Shown here in pieces: positions 26,843-32,000 of a stretch of DNA of 32,000 nt (positions within the stretch are counted from its first letter, which is position 1; every line of letters starts with the position of its first letter). Both the position numbers and the translations under genes were made by a program. Origin of the DNA: Haloquadratum walsbyi C23. Lineage in GTDB: Archaea; Halobacteriota; Halobacteria; Halobacteriales; Haloferacaceae. The notes under the pieces were generated by a model. It did no database searches and was not told the origin of the DNA. It saw only the letters and a list, made by a program, of their open reading frames with translations. The stretch is from contig NC_017459.1 in NCBI RefSeq assembly GCF_000237865.1, positions 810,001 through 842,000 of the forward strand. Direction: 5' to 3'.

Positions 26843-27175
26843 ATGTCACCACTCGATATTATTGCAGTTGTGCTTATCCTCGCCGGGACATTCTTCGGTA
26901 TTGTTGCCACCATTGGCGTCATTCGACTTCCTGACCTGTATACTCGCGCGCATGCTACCTCAAAGAGTGATACCCTTGGTATTGTGCTTACACTGAGCGG
27001 TGTTGCACTGGTATTCGGAACTGGCGTGACGACCGCGAAAACAGTCTTACTCGCGATATTTGTGTTTATTACAAACCCGACCGCTGCACATGCCATCACG
27101 CGTGCAGCATACGATCAGAATATCGCCCCATGGACGACAGACACGGAAATAAAACCTGATGGTGATGATCAATGA
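26843..27175 (+). CDS. mrpG: Mrp antiporter subunit G
   Basis: 110 aa, MnhG-like (IGVIRLPDLYTRAHATSKSDTLG). It starts directly after the mrpF stop. The SD motif GGAGGTG is at 26828-26834. Confidence 0.85.
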   Translation: MSPLDIIAVVLILAGTFFGIVATIGVIRLPDLYTRAHATSKSDTLGIVLTLSGVALVFGTGVTTAKTVLLAIFVFITNPTAAHAITRAAYDQNIAPWTTDTEIKPDGDDQ

Positions 27176-27717
27176 CCCCAATTCAGTGGGGGATACTTGC
27201 ATCGGTGCTTACACTTGCCGTCGTTGTTGCCGCTGCTGCGGTCCTTCTTTATGATGTTTTAAATGCAATTATTGCATTCGCCACATTCAGCTTTGGCGTT
27301 GCAATCACGTGGATTCTCTTTGCAGCGCCAGACGTTGCACTTACAGAAGCTGCGGTTGGTGCTGGCATTACGACAACACTACTTCTTGTGACGATTGCAC
27401 GAACAGTTCGTCAAAGTGGTGACCGACTTCTTGAGAAAGTCGACCCGCGTGCGGCTCTCACAGCTATACTGTTTACTGGGCTCCTTGCAACAACGGTCGA
27501 TAATCTTCCTGCAATAGGAAGCCCGCAATCACCAATCGCAACGTCACCAATCACATCATATTATATTGAGAACGCGTACCCGGAAACAGGGGTTGAAAAT
27601 GCTGTTACCGCGGTATTAGCCGCATATCGTGGATTTGATACCCTTGGTGAGGCAACAGTCGTTATCGCTGCAGGATTAGCGGTCCTCGTCATTCTCCAAC
27701 AGGAGGCATATGCATGA
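27172..27717 (+). CDS. MrpB N-terminal-type subunit (DUF4040, MbhD-like)
   Basis: 181-aa membrane protein (FAAPDVALTEAAVGAGITT). The ATGA overlaps the mrpG stop. Confidence 0.75.
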   Translation: MTPIQWGILASVLTLAVVVAAAAVLLYDVLNAIIAFATFSFGVAITWILFAAPDVALTEAAVGAGITTTLLLVTIARTVRQSGDRLLEKVDPRAALTAILFTGLLATTVDNLPAIGSPQSPIATSPITSYYIENAYPETGVENAVTAVLAAYRGFDTLGEATVVIAAGLAVLVILQQEAYA

Positions 27718-28250
27718 GTAACAACGCAGATACAGCAAGTGACACAGATACCCGCGCAGAAAGTATCAACAACCCAACATACGTCGAAAGTACAATCATT
27801 ATGACGACGGTCAGATTGGTTGTCCCATTTATATTTACATTTGGGCTATTCGTGATGTTTCATGGTGCTGACTCCGCTGGTGGCGGCTTTCAAGGTGGTG
27901 TTATTGTCGCCTCAACGGTTCTACTTCTCGCATTCGCGTTTGGCATCGACGCAACACGACGGTGGATAGAAGGACCGCTTATCCGCACTGCAATCGCGAC
28001 TGGTGGGGGATTATTCATTTTGATTGGACTTGGTGCCTTAATTAATGGTCAGTTTCTTGAATACGCTGCATACGACATTGGGACGACTGGAATAAAATAC
28101 GGAATTGAGTTGGTTGAGCTTGGGATTGGTGCAATCGTCTCAGGCGTCCTCATCGGACTTTTCTTCACACTTGCTCGTGGGGATATGCTCACAGGAGGAG
28201 ATATTGATCAGCGTTCACCACAGGAACAACATGGAAGTGATCGCTCATGA
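27714..28250 (+). CDS. mrpB: Mrp antiporter subunit B (MnhB domain)
   Basis: 178 aa with the motif FHGADSAGGGFQGGVIVAS. ATGA overlap with the preceding gene. The SD motif AGGAGG is at 27701-27706. Confidence 0.8.
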   Translation: MSNNADTASDTDTRAESINNPTYVESTIIMTTVRLVVPFIFTFGLFVMFHGADSAGGGFQGGVIVASTVLLLAFAFGIDATRRWIEGPLIRTAIATGGGLFILIGLGALINGQFLEYAAYDIGTTGIKYGIELVELGIGAIVSGVLIGLFFTLARGDMLTGGDIDQRSPQEQHGSDRS

Positions 28251-28615
28251 CTCCAATTGAGTTATTCACCTCGCGATATAGTTATATTGTCTTTGTTGCA
28301 CTGGTTGGTATTGGACTATATGGAGTTATTAATAGCTCAAATCTCGTTAAGAAGGTAATCGGGTTGAATATCTTCCAAGTTGGCATCTTTCTCTTCTTTA
28401 TTGCGAGTGGATATGTCAATGGCGCTGCTCCCCCGCTCATTGAGAAGGGAGCAGAAACTGCGTATGCAAGCCCGCTTCCACATGTGCTTATTCTGACCGC
28501 TATCGTTGTTGGAGTAAGTCTTACTGCCGTTGCACTTGCGCTTATTATTCGTGTGTATAACGCCTATGGTAGTCTTGATGAGGATGTAATCCGGGAGGTG
28601 CAATTGAATGACTGA
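28247..28615 (+). CDS. mrpC: Mrp antiporter subunit C (NuoK-like)
   Basis: 122 aa with three hydrophobic helices and a NuoK/MnhC-like pattern (NLVKKVIGLNIFQVGIFLF). ATGA overlap with the preceding gene. Confidence 0.8.
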   Translation: MTPIELFTSRYSYIVFVALVGIGLYGVINSSNLVKKVIGLNIFQVGIFLFFIASGYVNGAAPPLIEKGAETAYASPLPHVLILTAIVVGVSLTAVALALIIRVYNAYGSLDEDVIREVQLND

Positions 28616-30110
28616 TGCACTCCCGTTACTCGTGGTTATTCCACTATTTGCAGCGCTTTTTCCGGTTGCTCTTGGGTATCTTTGGAGCGATGCTGGATGG
28701 GCTACAGCGGCTGTCACTGCACTCCTACATCTTGGACTTGCAAGTGTCGTTGCACAACAGATAATAAATAGCGGTCAGTTCAGTTATGCGGTTGGTGGAT
28801 TTCAACCACCAATAGGAATTGAGCTTGTTGCTGATAGCGTTACGGCAGTGCTTGTCGTTCTTATCTCAGTCATAACAATTCTCATTGTTGCATATGCTCG
28901 CCGTGCAGGACCACATCAGAATGCATTCTATAGTGAATTATTATTACTCACGGCTGGCGTATCTGGTGTCGTCATTACCGGCGATTTGTTCAATTTGTAT
29001 GTTTTTCTCGAGATCACCGGTCTTGCAACATATGCACTCGTAGCTGCTAACCGATCGCCTGCGGCTGCGCTGGCAAGTGTAAAATATCTTCTTGTTGGTA
29101 CTATCGGTGCATCGTTGTATCTTCTTGGTGTTGGATATCTCTATGTTGCGACAGGGACATTGAATATGGCTGACCTTGCAGGTCAGTTACCAGCAGTTGG
29201 ATATGATACACCACTTGTTGTGACTGGGTTTATATTATTGATGACCGGGCTTGCAATCAAGACAGCGCTGTTCCCTCTTCATACGTGGCAGCCAAATGCT
29301 TATGCTGAGTCACCACACAGTGTCACCGCATATATTGCCGCATTAGTCTCTACCGCTGCCGCATATGCAATCTTTCGGATCACATATACCGTCTTTACCA
29401 CCTCATTCGCATCGGTTGTTCCACTTGCGCTTGACGCGCTTGCATGGGCTGCAGCAATAAGCGTCATCGTTGGCTCCGTCCTGGCTGTCGTTCAATCAGA
29501 TCTTAAACGCATGCTCGCATATTCTTCAGTCGCACAGTTTGGTCTGATCATCGCTGGGATCGCAGTGATGAATGAAATAGCGCTTATGGGAAGCTTAGTT
29601 CATCTTGTTGGTCATGCTGTAATGAAAGCTGGTCTATTCGTTGCTGTTGGAGGACTTGCAAGTATCGCTGGTGGGCAGACAATTGATGATATGATTGGGC
29701 TTGGTCGACGTGCACCAATCGTGAGTCTTGGATTCGCAACGCTTGCGTTTGCCCTTGTTGGTGTTCCACCGGCTATTGGCTTCGCCGGAAAATGGCAAAT
29801 TGTACTTGGTGCAGTCTCAGCTGGTCATTGGGCTGTTGGTGTTGTTGCAGTTATCAGCACCATGCTTACACTTGCGTACTTCCTACGTATTGTTGAACGT
29901 CTATACTTCCGGTCGCCGTCCTCGGTTGATGAACAAACATCAGATATGAGTATGAATATGACAACAGATGGTGGCGATGCAATGGCAACATCAATCAGTC
30001 AAACAACCCGTGTGATCGTCACGCTTTCTGCACTCAGTGCAATTGCACTTGGGCTTGCTGCATCAGACCTTATCAGCATATTAGAACCGGCATTGGAGGT
30101 CTACTTCTAA
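28608..30110 (+). CDS. mrpD: Mrp antiporter subunit D (NuoM/N-like proton-conducting subunit)
   Basis: 500-aa polytopic membrane protein with NuoM/N-type motifs (FPLHTWQPNAYAESP, LKRMLAYSSVAQFG). It overlaps mrpC by 8 nt. The SD motif GGGAGGTG is at 28593-28600. Confidence 0.85.
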   Translation: MTDALPLLVVIPLFAALFPVALGYLWSDAGWATAAVTALLHLGLASVVAQQIINSGQFSYAVGGFQPPIGIELVADSVTAVLVVLISVITILIVAYARRAGPHQNAFYSELLLLTAGVSGVVITGDLFNLYVFLEITGLATYALVAANRSPAAALASVKYLLVGTIGASLYLLGVGYLYVATGTLNMADLAGQLPAVGYDTPLVVTGFILLMTGLAIKTALFPLHTWQPNAYAESPHSVTAYIAALVSTAAAYAIFRITYTVFTTSFASVVPLALDALAWAAAISVIVGSVLAVVQSDLKRMLAYSSVAQFGLIIAGIAVMNEIALMGSLVHLVGHAVMKAGLFVAVGGLASIAGGQTIDDMIGLGRRAPIVSLGFATLAFALVGVPPAIGFAGKWQIVLGAVSAGHWAVGVVAVISTMLTLAYFLRIVERLYFRSPSSVDEQTSDMSMNMTTDGGDAMATSISQTTRVIVTLSALSAIALGLAASDLISILEPALEVYF

Positions 30111-32000
30111 TGGCTGAGATTATTTCACTAAGACCACTAATAGCGGTCATACTTCCAGCTATTGGTATTGCTGGGATCGTTCTCTCTCGTCGATATCAAA
30201 ATATCCGAGAAGGAGCAACAATTATCACTGCTGTATCGACAGTCGCTATCATTGCAAGTCTTCTCCCTGCTGTTCTTGCCGGTAATGTTTATATTACCAA
30301 TCTTGGGTCGTTCGTTCCTGGTGTTGCATTTACGCTCCGTGCAGATGCACTTGGAACGCTCTTTGCACTTCTTGCAAGCTTCCTGTGGGTCATCACGAGC
30401 TTCTATAGCATTGGGTATATGCGCGGACTGGACGAACATGCGCAAACACGATATTTTGCATCGTTCGCAGGGAGTGTCAGCGCAGCAATTGGCGTTGCTT
30501 TCGCATCAAATCTTATTATTTTATACATTTTCTACGAATTACTCACCGTTGCAACATATCCGCTCGTTACGCATGATGAAAGTGATGCAGCACGGGCAGC
30601 AGGTCGAAAATACCTTGCGTACACCTTCGGTGGTGGCGTTGCCGTTCTTGCCGGTATTGTGCTTGTCTTCTGGTCAACTGGTACTGTTGCATTCACCTCT
30701 GGAGGCATTGCTTCACTTGCCTCTATTGATCCACTGATTGCTCGTGGTGCATTTGCCCTTCTTGCCGGTGGATTTGGTGTGAAAGCAGCACTCATACCAG
30801 TTCATTCATGGCTTCCAGATGCAATGGTTGCACCGACTCCGGTCTCGGGATTGTTACACGCCGTTGCAGTTGTTAAAAGTGGTGTCTTCGGCATTTCTCG
30901 TCTTGTTCTTGATGTTTACGGTCCAGAAACAGTCGCACAACTAGGTGTTGGAGTCCCGCTAGCGGTCGTTGCAGCAATAACGATTGTTATTGCAAGCGTC
31001 ATTGCGTTGAGACAGGACAATCTTAAGCGACGGCTTGCATATTCAACAATCAGTCAACTTTCATATATCGTTCTTGGGCTTGGGCTATTCTCTCCAGAAG
31101 CACTCATTGGTGGGTTACTTCATATCCCTGCCCACGCGTTCATGAAATTAACACTATTTTTCTGTGCAGGTGCCATCCATGTTGAGACTCATACAGATAA
31201 TATCAGCAAGATGGCTGGCATTGGTCGGCGAATGCCGTTAACAATGAGTGCATTCGCTATTGCGAGTGTTGGAATGGCTGGATTGCCACTTGTCGCAGGA
31301 TTCGTGAGCAAGTGGTATCTACTTATTGGATCCGTTGATGCTGGGTATCCAATCTTTGCGATTGTGTTGCTCGGTTCAGGGATACTGAATATTGCATATT
31401 TCTGGCCGATTGTGTATCAAGCATTCTTCCAAACGGCGGCTGAGACGGATGCAAAACCAGTTGTCGAATTTTCGCTCGGTGGTCAATGGCACCCAATTCG
31501 AACCGATGGTCATGGACGTGAGTATGGTGATGAGCATACCGAAGAAACTGATGCTGATGCTGATGCTGATGATGGCGCCGACATCACCGCTGCAAGCGAT
31601 GCTGTCAATAATAAACAGTCAGACGATACTGGCAGTGAGTCCTCACAGCGGGAAACAGCGTTATCAGGTGACCCTAGCGATCCAAACGCAGAGACGGCAT
31701 ATGCCGTTGATATGTATCCGAGTGATCATACTACCGCTGACACAGAAGGCTCTGCGCAGCAGACCACTGCAGACACTATAGATGATACTGATGAATCTAT
31801 TGACCCCGATTCAGCATCCTCTGATAATGAAACCCTGAATACGGGAATGAATAGAGGACAAGACAGCACCGGCGTAGACGCTAGTTCATCGACAGACAGT
31901 TCATCTAAGTCTCCAACGCCAGATGCATCGCTTCTGAATACGCCTGAGACTGAAGTTGATGATAACACCGATACCAGCGCCAATATTGATCATCCTGATA
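30110..32000 (+). CDS. Second MrpD/MrpA-like subunit with a long acidic low-complexity C-terminal tail (3' end outside the window)
   Basis: This gene is not in the ORF track because there is no stop in the window. I translated it by hand from ATG 30110, which overlaps the mrpD stop by 1 nt; the SD motif GGAGGT is at 30095-30100. Motifs: IPVHSWLPDAMVAPTPVSGLLHA and LKRRLAYSTISQLSYIVLG. The frame stays open to 32000. Confidence 0.85.
   Translation, partial: MAEIISLRPLIAVILPAIGIAGIVLSRRYQNIREGATIITAVSTVAIIASLLPAVLAGNVYITNLGSFVPGVAFTLRADALGTLFALLASFLWVITSFYSIGYMRGLDEHAQTRYFASFAGSVSAAIGVAFASNLIILYIFYELLTVATYPLVTHDESDAARAAGRKYLAYTFGGGVAVLAGIVLVFWSTGTVAFTSGGIASLASIDPLIARGAFALLAGGFGVKAALIPVHSWLPDAMVAPTPVSGLLHAVAVVKSGVFGISRLVLDVYGPETVAQLGVGVPLAVVAAITIVIASVIALRQDNLKRRLAYSTISQLSYIVLGLGLFSPEALIGGLLHIPAHAFMKLTLFFCAGAIHVETHTDNISKMAGIGRRMPLTMSAFAIASVGMAGLPLVAGFVSKWYLLIGSVDAGYPIFAIVLLGSGILNIAYFWPIVYQAFFQTAAETDAKPVVEFSLGGQWHPIRTDGHGREYGDEHTEETDADADADDGADITAASDAVNNKQSDDTGSESSQRETALSGDPSDPNAETAYAVDMYPSDHTTADTEGSAQQTTADTIDDTDESIDPDSASSDNETLNTGMNRGQDSTGVDASSSTDSSSKSPTPDASLLNTPETEVDDNTDTSANIDHPD
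31550..31567 (+). repeat. (GATGCT)x3 microsatellite inside the coding tail
   Basis: GATGCT GATGCT GATGCT followed by GATGAT, encoding DADADADD. Confidence 0.9.

Noticed and set aside
26470-27099. Long (209 aa) minus-strand ORF
   Set aside because: It is antisense to mrpF and mrpG. Those plus-strand genes have recognisable family motifs, SD sites and coupled starts. The minus-strand product is a low-complexity shadow ORF.
30162-31781. Plus-strand ORFs 30162-30737 and 31392-31781 from the track
   Set aside because: Both are out of frame within the open-ended MrpD/A-like gene that starts at 30110, whose hand translation shows clear NuoM/N-type motifs.
1-32000. Window-wide search for CRISPR repeats, rRNA, defence-system hallmarks (nucleases/helicases in operons, toxin-antitoxin pairs, restriction-modification, Argonaute, reverse transcriptase) and phage or integrase genes
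   Set aside because: None found. Apart from the IS and the GC-rich block, all sizeable ORFs are housekeeping or conserved hypothetical genes.

Overview
This looks like a chromosomal, mostly housekeeping segment of a halophilic archaeon. The predicted proteins are strongly acidic. Many genes start about 25-30 nt downstream of an A/T box, which suggests leaderless transcripts, and GGAGG-type Shine-Dalgarno (SD) motifs appear mainly in front of genes within the mrp operon. The background is AT-rich for a haloarchaeon and the spacers are long, which suggests a Haloquadratum-like genome (inference only).

Gene content, left to right:
- CBS/ParB fusion protein, trxB, a DUF357 protein and cysS
- a cbiX plus DR2241-like pair
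- a Trm112-like protein
- purine genes purA, a purN/purH fusion and purB, with hpt further right
- glucose dehydrogenase overlapping a GfcR-type regulator, then a monothiol glutaredoxin
- glycerate kinase, a PAPS-reductase-like PP-loop protein and Dph6
- a sugar nucleotidyltransferase, an HTH/Zn-ribbon protein and an orphan pilin-like gene
- an 8-gene Mrp/Mbh-type cation/proton antiporter operon (order E-F-G-B-B-C-D-D) that runs off the right edge

Two blocks stand out from this background:
- A complete 945-bp ISH4-like (IS1595 family) insertion with a perfect 8-bp target duplication. Its transposase is split at an A8 slippery run.
- A 721-bp GC-rich block bounded by perfect 13-bp inverted repeats plus a flanking AGTA. 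It carries broken coding sequence and I cannot assign it to a family.

I found no rRNA, tRNA or CRISPR array and no recognisable defence or toxin hallmark genes. I do not see a convincing novel multi-gene system. The inverted-repeat-bounded GC island and the frameshift-split IS are the most unusual items.
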